Notes under the pieces: generated by a model
Told to the model about the DNA's origin: nothing
The model's database searches: none
The model's input: the letters and a program-made list of their open reading frames with translations, nothing else
In this document: one piece after another, positions 1 through 12,800 of the stretch
Layout of the letters: each line of letters begins with the position of its first letter
How positions within the stretch are numbered: the stretch's first letter is position 1
Position numbers and translations under genes: made by a program
Source of the DNA: Candidatus Omnitrophota bacterium
GTDB lineage: Bacteria; Omnitrophota; Gorgyraeia; JAHJTE01
Assembly: GCA_040753675.1 (NCBI GenBank)
Contig: JBFMEB010000009.1
Span: forward strand, 3,407 to 67,406
DNA: 64,000 nucleotides
Reading direction: 5' to 3'

Positions 1-1
1 G

Positions 2-850
2 GCATTTTCATTTGCCTCAAGTAGCAGGGCAGAGGAGATTGATGTTATTGTTAGAGTCCAGGATGATTTAAGAGATGATTTAGAGAGGATTCGTAATATT
101 CGCCTGGTAAATCGCGATGGCAATCTAATTTATTTAAGCCAATTTGCAAAAATAAATTATGAAAATCAATTTAACGAAGTTTATAGACAAGGTGGCAGAA
201 ATGCCATAAGCATTTTAATTGAACCTGATACTCGTCTGACTGATGAGAGAAGATTAAAAGCAGCAGTCAAAGAATTATGGGAGAAAGAAAAGTTAAATTA
301 CCGAGACCAAGATTTAAAATTTGGCGAGCTTGAACGAGAAGAAGATGAGGCAATGAAAAAGATTGGCTATAATTTTATTCTGGCAATAGTAGCCATTTGG
401 TTTATGACATTTTTAACTCTAAGAGCAAGTATTAGCCAGACATTTGTGGTGCTTTCAAGCATTATGTTCTCAACTTCTGGCGTTTTTGTTGCTTCTATTT
501 TGGTGGGTAGCCCATTTGAATTCTCTACTTTGGTGACAATTTTTGCTTTAGGTGGTTTAGTTGTCAACAATTCTTTGGTCTTACTTTATGAGATTAACCG
601 TTTAAGAGGCCAGGGATTAGAAAAAACTGCCTCAATATTAAATGCCAGCCAGTCAAGGATGAGGCCAATACTACTGACTTCGATAACCACATTGCTTGGA
701 TTCCTGCCTTTGGCAATAGGTATGAGCGGGAATATTCCTTTCTTTACTGCAATGGCTCAGGCCTTGACCTGGGGTTTAGGCATTGCTACTGCCTTAACCC
801 TCTTTATTACTCCTCTTCTTCAAGCAGTAGCTGATGATGTTATAGACTGG
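2..850 (+). other. Domain in giant CDS: AcrB/AcrD/AcrF RND transporter C-terminal part
   Basis: GLVVNNSLVL, SRMRPILLTSITTLLGFLPLAIG and GLGIATALTLFITP match the typical RND TM10-12 motifs. Confidence 0.9.
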
Positions 851-3800
851 TTTACTCGGATTAGGAAAAGAAATAAGGATAAGACGATCACTAAGAACTT
901 TGGTTTTACGATGTTTGGTTTACCAATGGTGAGCCTTGTCGAGCCATTCTGGCTGCCTTTTGGTGCAGAGACAGTTGCTATATCTCTAATAATTCTAATC
1001 GGCCTCTATATTCTCGTCTCTTCCTTCAAGCAGCAGATATTGAATTTTGCATTAAAAAACAAAGCACCTCCAAAATTAATAAGAGCATTAAATCTCTCCC
1101 TCCTAGATTTGCATCAAGACGGAATTGCTATTATTGGTTTCGGAGATTGGTCCTCGAGAACATACCTTCCTAAATTAAGAGATGAATTCCCGCATATTCC
1201 TATCTATGTTGCCTTAACTGAATTTAATAAAGCAAAATTAAAAGCAATTAGACGCCAATATCCTACCATAAGAATTATTAGATGTGATGGAGATTTTAGT
1301 GGCAGGGCATCATATGAAGAGGTTTTTAAGAAGAGAAAAATAAAATCAGTGATTATTGCTACGCGCGATAAAAAATCCCACGATGAATTAGCCAAACAGG
1401 CAATTCTTGCCGGCAAACACGTTCTTGTTGAAAAGCCAATTGGAGGTGAGATAGCCCCAGAATTTGTAAGGCTTGCTAAAGAAAGACGAGTAGTTTTGGC
1501 TGTTGGCATACAGTATGTGTATGATGCTGCAGTGAATGCTCTTAGAGGCTATTTAGAGCAGATTGGCGAGCTGGAAGGCATAGCTTTGAGTTTGCTCAAT
1601 AAGCAAAAGAATAACAAGAAAAATATTATCCCGGTTTTTGATAATTTAGGCGTGCATCTCTTGAGCATACTACAGATAATCTTAGGCATTAGTGAAGCAA
1701 GAGACTTGAAAGTTGTCTCTGATGTAAGAGACTGGATGGACAGGGTTAGCTTAAAGTTTAATTATGCAGGCATTCCAGTGAGATTAGATGTAGATAGTGA
1801 TTATCAGGGGGAAGCTAATAAGCGAGAAGTATACATCAAGGGTAAAAAAGGATTCTTAATTTTAAACTTAGATACTGGCGAAATTCTGATACTTACGTAT
1901 GAGCCATTTAAGAAAGAAGTAATCAAGCCTGAAAGAAAAGATTTGATTTCTTTAGAATTAGCTGACTTCTTTAGGGCAATAGAGCAAGGCGCTAGCCCAA
2001 TCAACAGTGTCCAAAATACACTTTGGATTTGGCAGATAGCTGAAGAGGTAAGATCAAGAATTTTAGAGCAGGTAAATCTTAGGCTTTTATCAGGCCATAA
2101 TTGTCTGGTAATGCGCTTAATTGAGATTTTTGGGAGAGAATTCAAAGATGAGATTGTTGACTGGTATATTCGAGAAGGAATAAATTTAAAAATTGTTCCG
2201 GCATTCTGTTTAGCATTTATAGAAGCAGTCAAGTCTGGCAGAGAACGTCTGGGATTAAAAGGCGAAACAGTTAGCAGCATTATCGAAACAGCCATGCAAA
2301 AAACTAAACCTCTTGCTGAGAAGCCTACACAAGATTCTGATAATACTCAAGTTTTAAGCCATATCTTAGGAGTATTAACAAAAGCAAATTTAACAGAAGG
2401 TAAATTCATAGCTGATTGTTTAGTTAAGAGTAGGCCTGTTGATGAGGCAATTTTAGTTAGCGCTTTAGCTTTAAGAAGCGCTCAAAGCCAAGAAGTCCGG
2501 CGCATAGCAATAAATACATTATTGCACTACCAACCCTTAAGCCTGTTATTGCTAAGTCGTTATTTAGAAAATAGTGACGCTACTGGACGTAGGAGAGACC
2601 TTGTCGATGCAGCTTCATTAGCTAAATCGCCGTATGGGATTATTTCGCAAGTTGATTTTTCGCTTAATACTAATTACCACAGATTAAATGACAGAGAGAT
2701 TGCAGTTATTGAACAAAATGTGGGTTTAATAGAAGGAGCGATTAGCCGTCTATTAATTGAGTCTTCAGATGAGGCTTTAGGTCCAACCTATTACATTGTT
2801 TATCCTCAAAATGATAGTTATGGCGCAGAGGCATTTGCAAGCAGAGATTCTAAAGCAGGAGACCCGCACGTAATTAAGGCTCTTCTCAATGACTTTATGG
2901 CTGAAGAAATATTAGAAGATTTAGGCATTCATATAGAGTCTATAAGCTGGGATGATAGATTGTCAAGATTAGATATTAGAGAGTTCCAGCAAAAGCTAAT
3001 ACTTTTGGCAGATTCACAGGATGCTTCACAGGAAACTCGAATAAAGATTTTAAGATGGCTAATTATACTTGGGTTAGATGAGGCAACTGTCAGAGGTTTT
3101 AGAGATAGATGGAGAGTTGATGATTATCTTTTGGATATGTTTTTAGGCCGGCCAAGTGGGGCTAAACGAGATAAGGCCATTTTGTTATTACAGGCAAATT
3201 GCCTTATTGCTTGCCTGATACAAATCTTAGGCACTGAGCATAAAGATGAGGTTATTAAATGGTTTTTAGAGGCAGGCCTTGAGCCGATAGAAACCACAGT
3301 AATTCCTTTGCGGAAATCATTAGAGATTATTCATCAGAATTTAATGGGCAAGGTAATTGGGGGGATGAGGCTATTATGTATCAGCCGCATTGATGAAAAT
3401 ACAATACGCATGGTATTTGAAGATTGTAGTGGTGCTAATAGGCACAAAGTAATTTACATTACCAGAAAAGCAGAGATTCTCCATCATGCCCAAGTTCAAG
3501 ATTGGAAAGAGCCTAAAGTCCCCAGCGGCATAGCGTATCCTGATTTGGGAAATATGGTTAACGAAGATGCATTAGTAGGAGGTTCAACATCAGTTCATAT
3601 GCGGCACAGAATAAGAAAACCCTTTATAGATAGTTTGGCAAACCTGAAATTTATAGGCGGAGGTTTGGGTTTACGCGAAGTAAATGCTATCGTGAGGAAT
3701 ATTATAGAGGAATACAGAAACAGCGGCCTTAGTCCAGAGGAAGCGCTTTTGCGAGTTACTATGTTTATGCAAAGAGAAAAAGACGAGAGGTTGCTAATCT

Positions 3801-6800
3801 TAAATGAACTGGCGATTAAATTAAATATCGAAATTCTCTGGCAGGCAATAATAGAGCTGGATAGAGAGAGATTTTTAGCAGTGCGGAAAATCCTTGAAAA
3901 TAAATTTGGTTTTGTAATTTTTCCTTTTTTTGGTGAGAGAATAGACAATAGCATGAAGGGGACCTGGGCTGACAGGGCACTAACCAGCGAGATAATAGAA
4001 CAGTTTCCTCCTGAAAGCGGCACACGTTTTCCTTTTACCAAAAAATTAAAATTGGATGATTATTTTGAGGCAAGTAGGATTGACGATATAGAAATTTCTA
4101 CTTCTGAATTAAAAGAAGATATCCGCAAGCATGTCCCTGAGGGATTAGGCGTATTTATATTTAGGCTAATTACTGACGAAAATAACAAAACAGTACTTGA
4201 AACTATGGTTATCGATAACGGAAGAGGTTATGACCTGGAAAAATATTATGCCATTGGCCAGTCTGAAGAAGCGCCAAGAGAAACAACAGCAGCAGGTTAC
4301 GATGATGCAGACCATAGATTTAAAGAGGTTGGTCGAGGACATTGTATAGTTGCCTGCCTTATGCCGGATTTTGAAGTTAGGTCTCAAGATAAAATGTTTA
4401 TCCAGGAAGGTCGGACCGATTCAGTGGGTTTTGGAGCCACCGAAGAAATTGTCGGTAAATTTATTACTGATTTGCCTGTTATTGCTGGAACCCAGAAGCT
4501 TTTCCGCACATGGTCAGACAAGCCTGTTGCTACTCAGACAGCAACAGCCATTGAAACAATAGATGAAACAAACAAACAAGAAGTTGTCAAGCCAACTTTA
4601 ACAGAGCTATTAAAAACAAATGATGAAACATCTCAGATTAGAAGGTTATTAAGTTTTATATACACAGATAAAGATATTTTAACGCCTTCACGCAGAGAAT
4701 TATTTATTATTTATCAGACTTATGTGGAGACATATCATCATTATCCCTCACTTGCTGTATTAGCTGAGATTGCTTTGTTGACCAGAGAACGGGCAAGGCA
4801 GATTATAAAGGATGATATTAACCCTATTTTGCGATTTTTCGGCTTACCATTGCTTGAGCTTGATAAAGATTGCCAAAAAAAGACACTCTCGCAAGCAGAT
4901 ATGTTTAAGATGCAGGGGCTTTGGTATGAGTTAACATCAGGCATCAAGGTACCTGGAATTGAACTGAAGAATCTTAATAGCGTGTCACTTAGTGAAGAAG
5001 AGGCATTTCACACGACTCGGGTTAGGGAGTTGCTTATGGATATTGCCAATGAATTAGCGAGGACTCGTAAACCATTCAAAGAATTTGAAGAGATAAAAGA
5101 GAGGCTTTGGGGCTGCGGAAGAATAAAAATTGCTATTTTGAGGCGGTTTTATTATCTTGGTAAGTTAGAAGTTCCTATAAGCAATGAAGAAATAGCAAAT
5201 ATTATTCCTGTCGAGTTTTTGAATAGACTCCCTGCCTTGCCTGCTCGTAGAGGCCCTCGAGATGTGAACTGGAGAAGCCGCTCTGGCAGAGTTAAAAGCT
5301 TTAATGAGCCGTTTGTCGACTTAATTAAAAAGGCTTGTATTTCCGATGCTGAGTTAGAATTTATTTTAAACGTCGTTATTATTATTAAAGATTTACAGCG
5401 CAAATATTCGCTACATTCAATTTTCCGCAGACACAAAGGCATATTAAGCCCTGTTTTGGATGTTTTGGAAAATAATCTGGATTCGGCTCGCCACATTGCT
5501 ATAAAGCAGTGGTTAAGGAGGAAAGAATTAAAAGGAAAACTCGCAGAGTTAATCGAGGCCTTGGGCATAACCGAAAGAGATAAGCATGAACATAAAAGAG
5601 GTTTAAAAGATGCTGAGATTATTTGGCCAGAATTTAAGTTTCATCCTCGTACTATAACTGAAGAACAGGCAATGAGCCTGCCGTTAAGTAAGGGTGCTCG
5701 CCAGTTACTTATTGAATCTATAATATTGCAGCATCTAAAAGGTGGAATATATATAAGGCGCTGGGAAGATTTTTCTCAGATACGGGGTTACAGGCCATCT
5801 TACCTTGAAGAGTTTAAGCACTGTTTGCTTAATCCTACCATGCCTATTTCACAACGGATAAGAACATCTTCTGTTGCAGCAGTAGTTATGCCAGGGGCTT
5901 TGAATATATTTAACTTAGATAATCCGGATATTTTGACTTTACTCGTTTCTCTAATATTCCTCATTCCTTTTGCATTAGCATTTTATGGCGTTAACGCTAA
6001 TCCAACAGAATTATTAGTTAATAGTGCACCTGACTCAATAGAGAGAAAACGCTTAGTTTACATATATAGGGAATTGTTTGATGATTTAGACAGAGAGCGG
6101 TTCATAATCCACCAGGCCTATCTTTACAAGCATGGTCAGTATCCTAAATATGACTTAATTGCTCAGTTGAGCGCAGCGCCGGGCTCTAAGCCGGCTACTA
6201 AAGAAGCAATCCGCCAAAATATCGCAGAGATTAACGCGATATTCAAATTTTTCAATTTATCCGGTTTAGGAGTATTAAAACGAGGAGTATGGATTCCTAC
6301 AGAAAGAATCAGCAAAGAAGATATAAAAGAGATGAGAGAAATCTGGGAGGCATATACAAGAGGTGTTGAATATGTAGAGTCTGAAATTATTCCAAAGAGA
6401 GATAGCCGAGCTATTTCATTAGAAGAGGCCAGAGAACTTCCTCACAGATTTGGCCGCAATCTTATGGTTAGAATAATAAGAGCCAGACAGCGAGGTAGAA
6501 AATTTGCAAATATTAAAGAGGCGCTGGCTAAATTAAAATTAAGAGGAAATGAAGTAGGGATGGCGAAAATTTTAGAAAAACTCTTCTCTTCTATTCTATT
6601 TTTATTAGTGGCAGGAACGGCTTTTGATAACACCTATTCATTATTTGCCATACCTATTATTCTTGGCTTGACTGTTAAGGTTGGGGATATCTCTAAAGAA
6701 GCTAATGAAGCGTCTTTAAAGGATGCTATTGAGCAGTTAAGAGGAAGAGATATTGTTATACTTCAGATGGAATATGAGTTATCAATGAGATTTTTGAAAG

Positions 6801-9800
6801 AATTTTGCGGTTATTTAATAAGAGATTTGAGATGTTCATTAAAGGATGCAGTATATAACACAGGAGAAGTAGCTAAGATTCTTATGGCCGGCGGCTTGGG
6901 GAGTTTTAAACCTGATTTAGTAAAAGGTTGGTACGAGGTCTTAGGAGAACATTGGAGTGGAGTTGAAGCAAGAAAACGCCTGCATGTTTTTGGCATATTA
7001 TATTCTTCGGCTATTAAAGGTCAAGGACCTATAAAGCCACGGGGCTTATCATCGGATTCCAATATTATTAATCTGGTAAGAGGAGCTTTGCAGAAGGTTA
7101 AAGTTTATAGAGGCATAGAGCTTAATATGAATGGCGTAGGTAAGGTTGACGTAGAAATCTATATGAATCCTTATTCAGAATTAAATGAATATTGGCTTTA
7201 TTGCCCGCATGTTTTTCATGAGGCATATTGTGGTGAACGAGATGATGATTTTAGGGCTGTGCAGAGCTTATTATATAGAAAAGTGGTGTTAAGATTTATT
7301 AAAGAGGAAATGAATGAAGGCCGTATTAGTAGAGTCCTATTATTTTCAACCAGCGAGGTAAATACAACATTAGCAATTCCAGCCGTGGTAGACGATGAAT
7401 TTAAGGATGATAAAGATTTTAGCAATATCCTGATACATCATTACAATCACACAATAGTTCCTGCAGGAATCCCTCGCTATAACTGGTATCTTTTTGACGC
7501 ATTAAATATAGCTGAACAGCTCAGAAAAACCATCAAAGATGGAAAGATAGATTTAATCAGTATTACCGGAGAAGTCTGTGATTTTATTACCGGCTGCTCC
7601 AAAGCCCACACCAGAAAGCTTCGAGAAGAGATTTTTGCAAAATTTGCCCAAAAGGTGCTGGAGGATGATTTATTCGGAAACAGTGAAGGCTCGGATATAG
7701 AACGCTGGCAAGGCGAAGCAATTGGGGAAATTATTAAGAAATATATGAGAGAATCAAGTGTTGACGATTATAGCAGTTTGTTTAAAGCGTTAGAAAGAGC
7801 AGAGTCTCTCAAGCTTAAATTTATGGATGAGATATTAGCTGCTAAAAGGCAACAAAAGAGGGTTTTTATTGATGAATTATTGCAAGGGACATTTGGCCAA
7901 ATAAACTTTACCACTGAAGATTTAGAGACAGATGCAGTTGAGCTTGAAGATATGCCGTTCTTTCCATTTGTTAGGAGAATGGTGCCTTATAAGTGCGCCG
8001 ATCTTATTGTAGATATCCTTTATAACCCTGATTTTAGAGAGAGGATTATAAAGAGTAGGGCAATAATCTTTATTGGCGGAAGGAAATTCGATGGGTTTGC
8101 TGATATACAAAAGAGAAGGATTAAGAAATTAATTGAACTTGATAGAAGAATGAAATATCACATTATATTTATTGAAAATCACAATGTATTCACTTCTTGG
8201 ATTATTCAGCAAGGCACAGATTTTGGCGGAATGCTTTCCTGGAAGGATAAAGAGGCAGGACCAACCAGCCCTACCAATTCAGAGCAGAATTTTTCTCCTA
8301 CAGTCGCCACTAGTGACGGCGTAATTGATGAGAGGGTCGAGCAGATAAAGAGAGATAAGCAAGGTAAAATAATTAGCGGCAATGGATATATTGTGGCCTA
8401 TGGAAATGAACGCTCGCCTACAGGCGAGATTATGCCGGATAGAGAATCTTTAGTAAGCGAGATTGAACAGGCCTGCTCAGATTATTTTGATAGAGACAAT
8501 TATAAGGAAGTGGCTTTCAATGCCGGAAAAACCGGAATGCTTGACGGCGATATTCGTAATCAAGCCAAAGGCCTACTTCGGCTCTGGGGACAGCAGTTAG
8601 CTAAAAAGATAGCTTATCCTGCAACAATACCTGTCTCAGATGAGCCAGATAGAAAACCTACTCAGGGAGAATTAGATAAAGTATATGAGATTTTTGGCGG
8701 CTTTGGAAGGATAGATATTGATGAGAATAATTTAATAATCAGTCCCTCCTTAAATGCCCCTGCAGAAGTAAAAAATGGCTTACTTTACGTTAATCCTAAT
8801 ACACTACGAGGGCCGCCAGAACAATTAAGAGTAATTTTTGAAGGTCACGAATTATTCCACTTATTATATCCGCAAAAATCAGACCAAGAGGCCCGCCAAT
8901 TCACCATTCAATATCTCCTCAAAACTAATTTACTATTAAGCCATATAGAGTTTCTCACTAACAATAATCTCAGTTTAATTCCCAAAGCCGATTGGTTGGC
9001 CTCATTAAAGAATGAGGCAGTGGTTTTGCTATCTGATTTAGAGTGGATAAAAAATAACATCAGACTCGCAGGCTCAAATACCGATGAATTAAAAGCTGCC
9101 CTTGGGCTTAAGACATTGTTTGATGGACGCTCAACTATAGTATTTTTATCTTCTGATGAGCGTTACATTATAAAGGTTTACAAATATGCGACAGCTAAAT
9201 ATGAGAGAGAGAAAGAATTTCTACAGGAGCTAAATCCAACATTAAGGCCGATGCTCTATTATTATGATGATAAGGCACAGGCCTTAGTTACGGATAATCT
9301 AAAAGCCCTCGGCTTTACAAGTCTTTTTGAGTTCATGCAGTCGCCAGATATATCTATAGAAGAATTGAGAGTTGTTATGCGTTTAGCAGCCGGAGCATTA
9401 GCCAGAATTAATATACCTCAAATGCCTGCTCATTCAGCGCCAATACTTGATATCTCTGATGAAATAAGAATTTTAAGAGACGCAGGCTTTAATGATTTGC
9501 CCGATACCAATTCTGTTAAATTGCCACAAGATGATTTCAAAGAACAAAAGGTTGTTGCTCATGGCGACTTCTCTCCTTGGAATATATTTGTAGACCCAAA
9601 GAGTGGTCAGATAGAAGCAGTCATTGATCCGGAGTCCGAGCGTTTTAATACTCACAGTAGAGAACTTGTTGCTGCGATTGAAGGATTGATAGATGCGCGC
9701 AAGAATAATCATTTGTTAGTATTACATATAGGAGAGCTTGTATCTGAATTTATAGACGAATATACAAGGATAGCCAATATTGATAAAGAGAAATTATATG

Positions 9801-12800
9801 CGCGGCTGCATTACATTTTAGCCAGCCAACTGTTAATTGATGCATATCAATTTTATTGGAAGTGGGGAATGAGAGAATGGGCACAATGGAGAATAGCCCT
9901 GGCTAAAAAATTATTAGTCATGAAAAGATTTTCTATACCCGGCTTAGAAAATATCTTGAATGTTAATTTAGGACAAGATGTTATTGTTTGGGCAGGAGGC
10001 GTGGATACTGATTATGGACCGGTTTCTGGAGTTAGCATAAACTCTAAGATAGGAGAGAAAATAACTTTGTATGTCCGCCTTAATATGCGCGATGTAGATT
10101 ATGAACCACTTATTGCAACAAACATTATTGCTCAGGTTTGGACTGATATTAACTCTGGAATCTGGCATAGTGAAGGACTCCTCGAGTTCTATAAATATGA
10201 AGACGGAAATTACTTATTTAAGGGAAGCTTGATTCCATTTGTTCCAGGAAAGTCTGAGTTTACTGTTAGATTCTCTACTGATGGAGCTACTTGGCATTAT
10301 GCAGAAATGCCTTACGGCAACGGCATAATTATGGCTCAAGATAGTTCTGATGATGCCTTAGATAGATTCCAGGTAAGACTTCAAGAGATTATCGATAGAG
10401 GAAGTATGCCGATAGTTTTTGTAGATATGGATTATACAATTACTGAATCTTTTGGCTCAGAATTAGTTGATAGAGTAAAAGATGCACTTAAAGAACTTTA
10501 TCTTAGGGGTGGAATCTTTGGCTTAAATACTGCAACAGCTATTGATGGGGTAAAGAGGCAAGTACTAGATAGCTTAGGTGGATTATTTAACTTCTCATTT
10601 ATGATTATTGAGATAGGTAGAGAAATTTATGCCTGGAACGAAACTGAGAAAAGATATATTAAATTACCGATTACAGCTACGACTAAAGGAAAAGCAATGA
10701 GAAAGTTAGCACATTATTTAGGCGTAAGTTTAGAAGATTTTATATTTATTGGAGATTTCCCAAGCATAGGAATAGATGATTCAGTCTTAAGGGAGAAATT
10801 AGGAATAGTTGTTGCCATAGGCAAAAGTAGATTGCCTGAGACTATCAAGACAAAGCATTCAGAAACCTTGTTGATTAAACCTCTTAAATTAACTCCTCCG
10901 TGGGTGGGGCCAGAGGCAACAGTTCAATATATAAATCGACTTATTTTAGTTTTAGAAAGAAATAAAATTAACCAAACTCGAGGCCCACCATCTCCTCCAT
11001 TATTTAATTACCCAGCTAAAGTAAGGCGAACTGAATCAAAGAGAGAATTTCAAGATGTAGTTACGCTTGTTTGCTTTGATGAAGCAAAGAAAGTATATTT
11101 TAGCGGGCAAAACAACTTAAGAGAAAAAATCGGCAGGGCTGAGTTTATTAGGTTAAAAAGAGCGCTCCTGAAAGCCATAAGAATAATTTCAAGAGAATAT
11201 CCTTATATTTTTAATGCTTTAGTTAATAGAAAGATGCGCCTGCGCTTATCTACTGAAATTGAACAAGCCAGTTACGTGACTGCACACGAGTTGGTTATCA
11301 ACATTGATTGTTTAAGGCCTGCTAAGGAAGAAGCACAAGATTGGGAACTTGCCCTAATCGGCATATTAGAACATGAATTTGCCCACTTAGAAAATCCTCA
11401 CCTTCACGAATCCCAAGTAAGACAGCATAGTATTTATTTTTATCAAGGTCACCTTGATATCTTACAGGCAACAATAAGCCAGTTTGAAAAGGGCTTTCTC
11501 ATTGACCCAGAGTGGCTTGCAATCCTTAAGAATATAAAAAGAATAATTGTTTTAGAGAGATTCTGGTCTGAGGTAGCAAAGACTGAATTAGTAAAAGAAT
11601 TTTTAGAGATAAAATTAGACAGATATAGAAGCAGCAAAGCTCGAGCCCAAGACCTAATCGCTAAGGCCATAAAGAGATTTTCAAGCATACTCGCAGATTC
11701 CGGAGTAAACGAACAGCTGGTAAAGAAATTTGAACATATTTTCTTTGAATATGACAGCGTAATTATCGTCTATAAACTGGGCAGCTCAACTTACAAAATC
11801 ATCTGCATAGCGAAGAGAGATATATTAGATGCATATAGTTCAGATTCAGTCAGCCAGAATATTTTCAATGCTGAAGTGCGCACAAGCATTTTTAGGGACA
11901 ACGGTAAGCTTGCCTTTGGCTATATTAGGAAACTCTTGATATATCAAAATGACCCGCAACTGTATCAGATTATATCCTTGCTTATTTCTAATAATACTCA
12001 CGATGTAAGACGAGCAATAACTATCATAAAAACAAAGCTTGCTAGGGGGGAGAGTCCAGAGACCTTAAAAGAACTTTTGTACGCTAGTCTCTATTATTGT
12101 CACAATCCACAATGGGGAGTGAGTCAAGACATTAGAGTTATGATGAACAAATTGCTTGAAGATATAATAACTGAACGACCACTTACATTTCCTCAGAGTG
12201 TGATAAATTTAAGCGTGTTTAAAGGCCAAACCCAGACGATTAGAATTAGTTTGCCGGTTAACTTCAATCCTTTAGTTAATAAAAAGATGAGTCAAAGATA
12301 TCAGGCGAGAATCAGGCTATCAATAAACGGCAAATTAAAGAAGCAGGCCATACCCATGGCACTTGATTTGGATAATTCTAACGAGGCAGAGATAGCTTTT
12401 GCCACTGAGGTAAAAGCGAAAAAGGGCTGGATTCATTACACTATCCAGATCTCGAAAGATGCTGGAAAAACCTGGGAATATGAATTAGTTCATCCTTATT
12501 CAAATGGCTTGATAAAAGTTATCGCTGATGAGCTGGGTGAAAGAGTCTTAAGTACTTATGCAGATACTTGGAATTTGCATCTTGATGAAAAATTGTCGCC
12601 ATTAAAAGATGAAACTGGCACTTATGTGTATGGGGCATTCGATGATTTAGCAAATCAGCTTGAGGTGATTAAAAATGAAGGATATTCACGTATCTACCTT
12701 TTAGGTGCCTTGGAATTGGGTTGGGCAGGTGAAGCCGGTCCTGATCCTTCTGTATTCAGCATCTGGGATGGGGTAACTATTCGTCGGGACTTAGGCGGCT

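Noticed and set aside
353-355. ATG 353 as start of the giant protein
   Set aside because: The frame is open and RND-like from base 2, so the gene begins upstream of the window.
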